Shown: piece after piece, positions 17,613 through 25,493 of the stretch | Position numbering within the stretch: the stretch's first letter is position 1 | How the letters are laid out: each line of letters opens with the position of its first letter | Virus record (IMG/VR): IMGVR_UViG_2737471829_000009 | Length of the DNA stretch: 31,211 bases | Reading direction: 5' to 3' (one strand) | Source: a virus | Taxonomy: Duplodnaviria; Heunggongvirae; Uroviricota; Caudoviricetes | Notes under the pieces: generated by a model | The model's database searches: none | What the model saw: only the letters and a program-made list of their open reading frames with translations | Told to the model about the DNA's origin: nothing | Program-made: the position numbers and the translations under genes

Positions 17613-18680
17613 TTATTCCCCGCTTTCCGGTGCGGCAGGTGCGGTGAAGTCACCGAGATTGATGTTTTCAATCAGGCAACCGGCGGCGTAAGCCTCGACC
17701 ACATAGTCAATATTCATCGACTCGTAGTTTTCGACACGGTCCTTTTTCGGCTCCTCGATGATGGCGCGGCGGTGTGCATCATCCATGAAGTAAATCGACA
17801 GGTTATCGAGGCGAGTCACCATCAGGGCATTCGCCGGGAAATACGGCACGCGCACAGCAGGCAGGTTGCCGATACGCTTCTGGCTGATGATGATGTCAGC
17901 GGCCAGCGTTTCGCTGTTTTCCTGCGCCTTGTTAACCAGCGGGAAATATTTATCCGCCATCAGCTTACGGCCAGTGATAACGACGAGCTCCGGGTCATCC
18001 TGATAAATCTCATCAATCAGGTTGGTGGTCGCATCCATCACCAACGCATCGAGGTTTTCATAGTCACCGTTTTTACCCACGCGGATCACATCGGAAATGA
18101 CCTTGCCGTCATCATCGGTGACGTTGGACATCACGCGCGCGGCAGCTTCATTGCGGTATTTCTGCAGCCAGCCCACCGCGACATCCTGCAGCATCGGGTT
18201 CGTTTTGCGGTTGGAAGTCTCCGCGCGGGTGATACCGTTGAAACCGGCCATGATGAAATCGAGCGACTGGCGCTTGATAATCGCGTCACGGATACGGGTC
18301 TGAAAGTCCTGGAATCGCGCCCACAGGTCTAGCTGTTTGTAACGAATATGGAAATCAAAGTTGATTTGCGCGCATTCATATTTGTTGGATTCGAGCGCAG
18401 TGAAATCAGCGGTCTTACGCTCATCATCGGCGGCGGTGTCCGTGGTGCTCGCAATCGTACCGTTGACGCCAACCCCGACTTTTTCGCCTTTCAGCTCGTC
18501 GACCGGCACGATATTAATTTTGGTCAGAAACGAGGATGACGCCTGCAGGGTGGTCATCAGCGTCTGCGTCACGGACGGCTCAACGGTGAATTTTTTCACC
18601 ACGTCATCGGTGTCGACGCCGTTCAGTTCTGCCACGCGGGACAGGTAAGCATTGAATTTAAAGCGGGTATCTTTACGCAT
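17613..18680 (-). CDS. N: Major capsid protein gpN
   Basis: Start trimmed to MRKDTRFKFNAYLSRVAELNG... (ATG at 18680); matches the P2 gpN N-terminus as recalled. Confidence 0.9.
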   Translation of the reverse strand: MRKDTRFKFNAYLSRVAELNGVDTDDVVKKFTVEPSVTQTLMTTLQASSSFLTKINIVPVDELKGEKVGVGVNGTIASTTDTAADDERKTADFTALESNKYECAQINFDFHIRYKQLDLWARFQDFQTRIRDAIIKRQSLDFIMAGFNGITRAETSNRKTNPMLQDVAVGWLQKYRNEAAARVMSNVTDDDGKVISDVIRVGKNGDYENLDALVMDATTNLIDEIYQDDPELVVITGRKLMADKYFPLVNKAQENSETLAADIIISQKRIGNLPAVRVPYFPANALMVTRLDNLSIYFMDDAHRRAIIEEPKKDRVENYESMNIDYVVEAYAAGCLIENINLGDFTAPAAPESGE

Positions 18681-18741
18681 TGTTATTCCTGTTTTTCTAA
18701 AAAGGGGCATCAGGCCGGGTGACGCGCACCCGGCAGGTCTG

Positions 18742-19596
18742 TCAGCAGTTGGTCAGCAGCTCGTCACCGGTCCCGCCTTTCGATTTCTCGCGGCGCGGCT
18801 GGCGATAGCTTTCGGTGTTATCGAGGGAGCTTTTCAGGGCGTTAAGCGCCTGCGCGCTTTGCGTGGTCTGGCTGGTCACGTCCTGCTTTAGCTGTGCGAA
18901 GGCGGTTTCCAGCTCAGTGACGCGCGTCTCGGTGGCGGTCAGGTTGGTCTGTACCTGCTCAGAGACGGCGGTCACCGCCTCATGCACATCAGCAAGACGG
19001 GAGTCATCGCTGACCTGTTTGCGACTGAAAATCGATTTGACCTTGTCGGTCAGGCTGTTGAGCATGGTGTCGGGGACATCTTCGAATTCCAGCTCAGCAA
19101 GGGAGGCCACCGAGAAGAGGTCGCCCGGCTGGTCTTTTTTACCGGCGAGCGGGTTCTGCGCAGCACGGCTGCAGAATTCGAGGTATTCCGTGCCGAGGCT
19201 TGCCGGGTCATCGGTCACGGCGAGACCAATCAGATAGCATTTACCGTTATTTGAGAAATTCGGGCGAATTTCCATGGAGGTGTAAACCTTCTGACCGGCA
19301 CGCACCATGCTCACCAGTTCATCAAGCGGGGCAATCCTGGCAAACAGCGCCTTTTTGCCGTTCAGCGCAGAGTCATCACTGATGATTTCCGCTTTCACTT
19401 CGGTCACATCGCCGTAGCGTTTAAACGGACTGTCAGGCCAGAGGCTTTTGATGTGTTCGAGGTTAATACGGCAACCATAGACGCGCGGGTCAAAGGTATC
19501 CGCCATGTCCTGAATGTCATCACCGTTGATGACACGACCATCGCAGGTGTCACCCTCGACGCCGATGCGAAACCATTTAGAAACTTTCTTTGCCAT
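18742..19596 (-). CDS. O: Capsid scaffolding protein gpO
   Basis: 284-aa protein, first gene of the O-N-M-L operon and divergent from P; C-terminal half is Gln/Thr/Ser-rich coiled-coil-like. Confidence 0.85.
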   Translation of the reverse strand: MAKKVSKWFRIGVEGDTCDGRVINGDDIQDMADTFDPRVYGCRINLEHIKSLWPDSPFKRYGDVTEVKAEIISDDSALNGKKALFARIAPLDELVSMVRAGQKVYTSMEIRPNFSNNGKCYLIGLAVTDDPASLGTEYLEFCSRAAQNPLAGKKDQPGDLFSVASLAELEFEDVPDTMLNSLTDKVKSIFSRKQVSDDSRLADVHEAVTAVSEQVQTNLTATETRVTELETAFAQLKQDVTSQTTQSAQALNALKSSLDNTESYRQPRREKSKGGTGDELLTNC

Positions 19597-19762
19597 TGTT
19601 CAGGTGTCCTGATGTTGGGTTTTCGGTTCGGGTGTAGTGTCCCGACTCCGCCCCGCATCAGCCACCGCTTGCAGACGTGTCCCCCCTGACACAACAGGGG
19701 GTTAGCGATAATGCCCCGCTATTTCCTTAGCCTTGCCCCTTATTCACTGACACGAGGCAACC
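19597..19762. promoter_or_regulatory. Divergent late promoter region (P-Q leftward, O-N-M-L rightward)
   Basis: 166-bp gap between divergent O and P. Contains a GC-rich dyad CCCCCTG-ACACAA-CAGGGGG at about 19682..19701 inside GTGTCCCCCCTGACACAACAGG. P2 late promoters are Ogr-dependent with upstream dyad elements. Confidence 0.5.
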
Positions 19763-21532
19763 ATGACCATTTCAACTGACCTCTCCCTTTTGCACGACCC
19801 GCGACGACAGGCGCGCCTGCTGTTCTGGCAGGGGTTTTCCGTGCCACAAATCGCCGACACGCTGCAGGTCAAGCGCCCGACCGTGCAGAGCTGGAAACAA
19901 CGTGACGGCTGGGAGGAAACCGCCCCGCTTAACCGCATGGAATCCACGCTCGAGGCGCACCTGATTCAGCTTTATGCAAAGCCTGACCTGACGCCGCATG
20001 ATTTCAAGGTCGCTGATTTTCTGTCACGCCAGATGGAACGGCTCGCGCGTGTCAGCCGCTACGGCCAGACCGGAAACGAGGCAGATTTAAATCCCAACAT
20101 TGCCAGCCGCAACAAAGGCGACCGGCGCAAGCCAAAACGTAATTTTTTCAGCGATGAGGCTATCGAAAAGCTCGAAGAGATTTTCTTCGATCAATCCTTT
20201 GAGTATCAGCTCAACTGGCACAAGGCCGGTATCGCGCACCGTATTCGCCACATCCTCAAATCGCGCCAGATTGGCGCAACATTCTACTTTGCCCGCGAGT
20301 CACTGCTGCGCGCCCTGAAAACCGGGCAAAACCAGATATTTTTGTCGGCCAGTAAGACGCAGGCTTACGTGTTCCGAAAGTACATCATCGCCTTCGCGCG
20401 CATGGTCGAGGTCGACCTGTCAGGCGACCCGATTGTCATCGGCAACAACGGCGCAGAACTGATTTTTCTCGGGACCAATTCCAACACAGCGCAGAGTCAT
20501 AACGGCGACTTGTATGTCGATGAAATCTTCTGGATCCCCAACTTTCAGAGACTGCGCAAAGTCGCCTCGGGGATGGCGTCGCAGTCCCACCTGCGCACCA
20601 CCTACTTTTCAACCCCCTCGACGCTGGCACATGGTGCTTATCCGTTCTGGTCAGGTGAGCTGTTTAACCGGGGACGCAGCAGCGCCGCCGAACGTGTCGA
20701 CATCGATATCAGTCATAAAGCGCTGGCCGGGGGCGTGCTGTGCCCGGACGGACAGTGGCGGCAGATTGTCACCATCGAGGATGCGCTCGCCGGGGGATGC
20801 ACGCTGTTTAATCTGGATCAGCTGAAACAGGAAAACAGCGCCGATGATTTCCGCAACCTCTTCATGTGTGAATTTGTCGACGACAAGGCATCGGTATTCC
20901 CGTTCGAGGAGCTGCAGCGCTGCATGGTCGATGCGATGGAAGAGTGGGAGGACTTCGAGCCGTTTTCCGACCGTCCGTTTAACTGGCGTCCAGTGTGGAT
21001 TGGCTATGACCCGTCACATACCGGCGACAGCGCAGGCTGCGCGGTACTGGCTCCGCCACTGGTTGCCGGTGGCAAGTTCCGCATCCTTGAGCGTCACCAG
21101 TGGAAAGGCATGGATTTTGCGACGCAGGCCGAGGCCATCCGCGAGCTGACCGAAAAATACTGCGTCGAGTATATCGGCATCGATGCGACCGGCATCGGCC
21201 AGGGGGTTTACCAGCTCGTGCGCTCGTTCTTCCCGGCGGCGCGCGCCATTCGCTACACGCCGGAAATGAAAACCGCGATGGTGCTGAAAGCAAAAGACAC
21301 CATCAGACGCGGGTGTCTGGAATACGACGCCGGGGCAACCGACATCACACAGTCATTTATGGCTATCCGAAAAACCATGACCAGCAGCGGGCGCAGTTCC
21401 ACCTATGAGGCCAGCCGCAGTGAAGAAGCCAGCCACGCGGATATCGCATGGGCAACCATGCACGCCCTGTTAAACGAGCCACTTTCCGCCGGTAGCGGTA
21501 TGCATTCAACGTCAATTCTGGATATTAACTGA
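19763..21532 (+). CDS. P: Terminase ATPase (large) subunit gpP
   Basis: 589-aa protein divergent from O and followed by Q, the P2 arrangement for the terminase large subunit. Confidence 0.9.
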   Translation: MTISTDLSLLHDPRRQARLLFWQGFSVPQIADTLQVKRPTVQSWKQRDGWEETAPLNRMESTLEAHLIQLYAKPDLTPHDFKVADFLSRQMERLARVSRYGQTGNEADLNPNIASRNKGDRRKPKRNFFSDEAIEKLEEIFFDQSFEYQLNWHKAGIAHRIRHILKSRQIGATFYFARESLLRALKTGQNQIFLSASKTQAYVFRKYIIAFARMVEVDLSGDPIVIGNNGAELIFLGTNSNTAQSHNGDLYVDEIFWIPNFQRLRKVASGMASQSHLRTTYFSTPSTLAHGAYPFWSGELFNRGRSSAAERVDIDISHKALAGGVLCPDGQWRQIVTIEDALAGGCTLFNLDQLKQENSADDFRNLFMCEFVDDKASVFPFEELQRCMVDAMEEWEDFEPFSDRPFNWRPVWIGYDPSHTGDSAGCAVLAPPLVAGGKFRILERHQWKGMDFATQAEAIRELTEKYCVEYIGIDATGIGQGVYQLVRSFFPAARAIRYTPEMKTAMVLKAKDTIRRGCLEYDAGATDITQSFMAIRKTMTSSGRSSTYEASRSEEASHADIAWATMHALLNEPLSAGSGMHSTSILDIN

Positions 21533-21533
21533 C

Positions 21534-22544
21534 ATGAAAAAACAACAGAAGAAACCCGCCACAACGACCGCCAGCGCACCGCAAAAAATGGAGGCATTCA
21601 CCTTTGGCGAGCCCTCCGCCGTTCTGGATCGCCGCGATATCCTCGATTATGTCGAGTGCATCAATAACGGAAAGTGGTACGAGCCGCCGGTCAACTTCTC
21701 AGGTCTGGCAAAAAGTCTGCGCGCCGCAGTGCATCACAGCTCGCCGATTTACGTAAAACGAAATATTCTGACGAGCACCTACATCCCGCACCCACTCCTG
21801 TCGCGTCAGGATTTCAGCCGCCTCGTGCTGGATTATCTGGTCTTTGCCAACGGCTATCTTGAGAAGCGCATGAGCGTGACCGGCCAGCTTTTAAAACTGG
21901 AAACATCACCGGCAAAATATACCCGCCGGGGTGTCGAGGAAGGTGTTTACTGGTACATATCGAGCTTTAACAACCCCCACCAGTTCGCACCCGGCTCGGT
22001 GTTTCACTTGCTGGAGCCTGACATCAATCAGGAACTGTACGGCATGCCGGAATACCTGAGCGCACTTAATTCAGCCTGGCTGAATGAATCCGCCACCCTG
22101 TTTCGTCGCAAGTATTATCAGAATGGCGCCCACGCGGGTTACATCATGTACGTCACCGACGCGGCACAGAGCAGCACTGACGTCGAGTCGCTGCGTTCGG
22201 CCATGCGCGATTCAAAGGGGCTCGGGAATTTTAAAAACCTGTTTTTCTACGCACCCAACGGGAAACCGGATGGCATCAAGATTGTGCCGCTAAGTGAGGT
22301 CGCCACGAAAGATGACTTTTTTAATATCAAGAAGGTAAGTGCAGAAGACCTGATGAGTGCGCACAGGGTACCACCACAAATGATGGGGATGATGCCTAAT
22401 AGCACCGGAGGGTTTGGCGATGTAGTAAAAGCTGCTCAGGTATTTGTGAGGAATGAATTAAGCCCTTTACAGGAGCGTATTAAAGATATTAATGAGTGGG
22501 TAGGCGATGAAATCATAAAATTTACAAAATATGATTTAAATTAA
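21534..22544 (+). CDS. Q: Portal vertex protein gpQ
   Basis: 336-aa protein immediately after P, transcribed toward the cos-like site. Confidence 0.9.
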   Translation: MKKQQKKPATTTASAPQKMEAFTFGEPSAVLDRRDILDYVECINNGKWYEPPVNFSGLAKSLRAAVHHSSPIYVKRNILTSTYIPHPLLSRQDFSRLVLDYLVFANGYLEKRMSVTGQLLKLETSPAKYTRRGVEEGVYWYISSFNNPHQFAPGSVFHLLEPDINQELYGMPEYLSALNSAWLNESATLFRRKYYQNGAHAGYIMYVTDAAQSSTDVESLRSAMRDSKGLGNFKNLFFYAPNGKPDGIKIVPLSEVATKDDFFNIKKVSAEDLMSAHRVPPQMMGMMPNSTGGFGDVVKAAQVFVRNELSPLQERIKDINEWVGDEIIKFTKYDLN

Positions 22545-22551
22545 ATTTAAA

Positions 22552-22577
22552 AGCCATCATAGATGGCTTTTTTTTTC
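22552..22577 (+). terminator. Rho-independent terminator after Q (probably bidirectional)
   Basis: AGCCATC-ATA-GATGGCT hairpin followed by a T9 run on the plus strand, 8 nt after the Q stop; it sits between convergent Q and the cargo operon. Confidence 0.65.
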
Positions 22578-23184
22578 AGAAGCCATAGTAATGAAATCTT
22601 AATAGACTTATTATCTTTTCGGCATCACTTACTTCAGAGGAAGGAGCAGATATATTATTTGCATGTCTCGCACCCTTATGGGCTACGGAACCTCTTCTTG
22701 TGCCATAGCTATCTAAGCTTGTTAAGAGAATTGGATCAATTGAACTTTCATCAAAACCGCAAAATAATGCCAACGGTATAAATGAACCTTTTTTAATCCC
22801 ATTGTTTTTCTTAACTTTCAATTCCGCACAATTTATTATCTTTAAGACCGCAGTCTTGAAATCGGTATCATCGAAAGGTTTTGTTATTGAGAGAATCTCG
22901 TCAACCTGATATGCTATTGCTAGTATATTTTTAAAATAAATCGTATTGTAACCATTAGCCACAACATCGTTTTTAATTTTACTTAACATTTCTATCGCTT
23001 TAGCTTCTATATACTCCTCAAGCTCGGCATGAACCAATAATCTATAAGCAGCAATGTTGAGAGTATCAAAATTATAGCCAATAGGATCATTGGCTTCATT
23101 CTTTAACTGTCGATTCATATATTTGCGCTTTAATTTATTGACTCTTTTAGTCATATCATTAAAGAGCTTACTTGCTTTTGGCAT
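22576..23184 (-). CDS. Hypothetical small cargo protein (202 aa) with a HEPN-like R-x5-H motif; putative effector partner of the DUF262 protein
   Basis: AT-rich ORF whose ATG directly abuts the upstream stop (TAA-ATG), with an AGAAGGA RBS. Lys-rich N-terminus; C-terminal TRRGSVAHKGARH motif. Confidence 0.7.
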   Translation of the reverse strand: MPKASKLFNDMTKRVNKLKRKYMNRQLKNEANDPIGYNFDTLNIAAYRLLVHAELEEYIEAKAIEMLSKIKNDVVANGYNTIYFKNILAIAYQVDEILSITKPFDDTDFKTAVLKIINCAELKVKKNNGIKKGSFIPLALFCGFDESSIDPILLTSLDSYGTRRGSVAHKGARHANNISAPSSEVSDAEKIISLLRFHYYGF

Positions 23185-24324
23185 TTACAAGATCCTTCTT
23201 GTATTTCCATCATACTGCATACCCAAAACATGCGCCAAAGAGCGTCCCCACATATCGATTCGAGTATGTGTTGCGAACGTTGTTTTTGGGGTTTTTTCGA
23301 CGGAATCACGATAATCTTGATCCATACAGAGATCTTTGAAAGCATCCTCTACAGCAGAAGCATTTTGCAATGCTGCCTGTGAAACATTCTGGTCGCTAAA
23401 GAATCGAGCAATACAATCAAAAATAGCTCTATTAATCACTCTTTCGTATTTTGTTCCAAGCCATTTTTTAAATGAATTGTCACCAAAAATTTGTACTGTA
23501 GTATCTAAGGCTAGATTTAAAGAATTTAGAGCATCAACGACTTCTTGCTGATAATTAAGCCATCCCTTCTCATAAAACTCTACAATTTCATCAAGGAACT
23601 CTTTGAAGTTACCACGGTACTCTTCTACACGCTTATTATACGCAATGAAACGTAATACAAGCTCAGAGTCACGCATTCTTTTATCAAGTGATTGACCAAA
23701 GAGAGCATGAAACTGATTGCTTTGAGATAAATATGTTTCTATCTCATCAAGGAGTTTACCACCAATAAGTGCTTTACGCAGTTCTTGAGGCGAAAGAGGA
23801 AGGCTACCACTGTTTAATCTGTAGAATATCGCATAAAGGAAGTTTTCGTCTTGCCAACTTCTTATCACTGTTGACCGCAAGGTGCTGTTATCGAGATACT
23901 CACGATCTTCACTTGGGAGTTCGCTATATTTCTGCCCATTAAGCTCTGGTCTAATATCTAAACCTTTAAGTTTAAAATCGTCAGCCAAAAATTCATTAAT
24001 TGCCATAAGCCTCTGCTTTCCGTCAATTACAATGAATCGTCCTCTATGATCTTTTTGTTCAGCAAGTACAATATTTGGTACTGGCATACCCACAATAATA
24101 GATTCAATTAATCTGCTTTTGCGCTTATCGTCCCAAGCACCACGTCTTTGAAAGCTGGGCTGAAGATCAATATTTCCTTTTCTTATCTGGCTATCAATCG
24201 TTTCAATTGTCCAATCTGCATTCATTACCACAGATTCTTTAAATGAAATTGAAGTATTTAAATCATCTTCATCTTCTTGCTGATTATCAGGGATTTGTAG
24301 TTCATATTGATCAATATTAGACAT
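23185..24324 (-). CDS. DUF262 (ParB/Srx-like NTPase-nuclease domain) protein, 379 aa
   Basis: AT-rich ORF with a GAGGTG RBS. N-terminal LQPSFQRRGAWDDKRKSRLIESIIVGMPVPNIVL...FIVIDGKQRLMAINEF matches the DUF262 signature (FQR...W, DGQQR-type motif) as I recall it. No HNH/DUF1524-like motif in the C-terminal half. Confidence 0.75.
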   Translation of the reverse strand: MSNIDQYELQIPDNQQEDEDDLNTSISFKESVVMNADWTIETIDSQIRKGNIDLQPSFQRRGAWDDKRKSRLIESIIVGMPVPNIVLAEQKDHRGRFIVIDGKQRLMAINEFLADDFKLKGLDIRPELNGQKYSELPSEDREYLDNSTLRSTVIRSWQDENFLYAIFYRLNSGSLPLSPQELRKALIGGKLLDEIETYLSQSNQFHALFGQSLDKRMRDSELVLRFIAYNKRVEEYRGNFKEFLDEIVEFYEKGWLNYQQEVVDALNSLNLALDTTVQIFGDNSFKKWLGTKYERVINRAIFDCIARFFSDQNVSQAALQNASAVEDAFKDLCMDQDYRDSVEKTPKTTFATHTRIDMWGRSLAHVLGMQYDGNTRRIL

Positions 24325-24491
24325 AATTCACCTCAATTAGATATTTTCATCCTAAAAATCAGTGGTTAACTTTAAGAAAAAATAAGAAATTGATTTTTAG
24401 AAGGTTTCCGCTCATCCGTATGATGCACAAACAACACTAAAACTTCAACATAATGCCGAAAAGAACCTTACATTTAAGTGTGCATCGCGCA

Positions 24492-24510
24492 ATGCTATCC
24501 CCGCCACGCC
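24492..24510 (-). other. cos-like cohesive-end site
   Basis: Minus strand reads GGCGTGGCGGGGATAGCAT, one or two mismatches from the P2/186 19-nt cohesive ends as I remember them (GGCG[A/T]GGCGGGGAAAGCA[C/T]). It lies in a GC-rich stretch with no convincing ORF. Confidence 0.45.
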
Positions 24511-24792
24511 TGCCCGCTTCAAGGGTCGGTTTTAATGCAGTTGCATGACCACTCAGGATCCGCGCCAGCTCTGGCGGCGCACGAACAGAACGGGCATCCC
24601 CGACGCATGCAAAACAATGCACCTGTTGCATGCACGGCTAAAAAACGGGAAATTCGCGGAAAAATGGCATAATAAAACCGGCTTTAATCGTGCCGGTTGG
24701 GGGCGGTCTCTACGGGACAGGCTAACGCCTCGCGTGGCTCGTTGTTCAACCCCGCTGGCACTGAAAACAAGTTTCAGCACCGGCGGCGTTTG

Positions 24793-25032
24793 CTAAGGTC
24801 GACGCGGTGGTGGCTTCGCCATATTTGGTGGCCGAAACACCTCAATTTTTGGATTGCTGATATCGCTGTATTTGCGGTGATTATCCCGGACGACACCGGC
24901 ACACCCGACCAGTTCGTCAGGTGTCAGATTCTCGTTAATCATAATTTGTTGCAGGCGATGCACGACGGCCATCAGCTTAATGTTTTGCGTTGAATGTACC
25001 GGCGGGACTGGCATCATTCGCATATGACTCAT
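24793..25032 (-). CDS. Hypothetical small protein
   Basis: ATG at about 25032 overlaps the stop of the upstream ASCH-like gene (ATGA coupling); no recognisable domain. Weak call. Confidence 0.35.
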   Translation of the reverse strand: MSHMRMMPVPPVHSTQNIKLMAVVHRLQQIMINENLTPDELVGCAGVVRDNHRKYSDISNPKIEVFRPPNMAKPPPRRP

Positions 25033-25493
25033 TTTAACCACCCATTTTTTTTAGCATATGCGACCATCTTGTCGGAATATTGCCAGACTCCATCATCAGC
25101 GACGTAAGCCCCACCCGAAACGCCGTTAAGCGTTTCGTATCCAATAGCCAGCCCTAACGGGTGTAGAATTTCGCGCTTAATTCTGAAAACAAGCCCTTTC
25201 TCGCTTAACTCTTTCCAGTTCATTAGGGATATACCGCATTGGACATCTGGCATCATTAACTGAAAACTCAGCATCACATAATCTTCCGCCCATTCAGCTA
25301 AATCAGTAACGTTTGTCACCCTCACTGATACACGTTTCCCGGTATATCCGTTTACCGGTTCCCATTCATGCAACCCGAGAATATCACCGCTAGAATAATC
25401 GCGGTCATTGAGTCGAAATTCAGCACATTTTTCCCGAGATATCACCGCGTTAAAATGCTCAGGTGCAATTTTTAACTGATGGATTTTGCTCAT
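25029..25493 (-). CDS. ASCH/PUA-like (DUF3850-like) domain protein at the P2 orf91 position
   Basis: N-terminal KIHQLKIAPEHFNAVISREKCAEFRLNDRDYSSGDIL resembles the ASCH/DUF3850 pattern as recalled. ATG at 25493 overlaps the A stop. Confidence 0.5.
   Translation of the reverse strand: MSKIHQLKIAPEHFNAVISREKCAEFRLNDRDYSSGDILGLHEWEPVNGYTGKRVSVRVTNVTDLAEWAEDYVMLSFQLMMPDVQCGISLMNWKELSEKGLVFRIKREILHPLGLAIGYETLNGVSGGAYVADDGVWQYSDKMVAYAKKNGWLK

Noticed and set aside
22576-23184. Alternative reading of the 202-aa partner as the missing DUF1524/His-Me nuclease half of a split GmrSD
   Set aside because: The protein lacks the DHIxP-type motif I associate with DUF1524. The H-x-x-x-x-H-x-N-N spacing is not a convincing HNH, so the HEPN-like R-x5-H interpretation is preferred, though unverified.
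24437-24796. Several 60-85 aa ORFs on both strands and a possible small RNA or tRNA-like hairpin
   Set aside because: ORFs are mutually overlapping, Arg-rich and lack RBSs; no cloverleaf could be folded. The stretch is better explained as the cos/packaging region.
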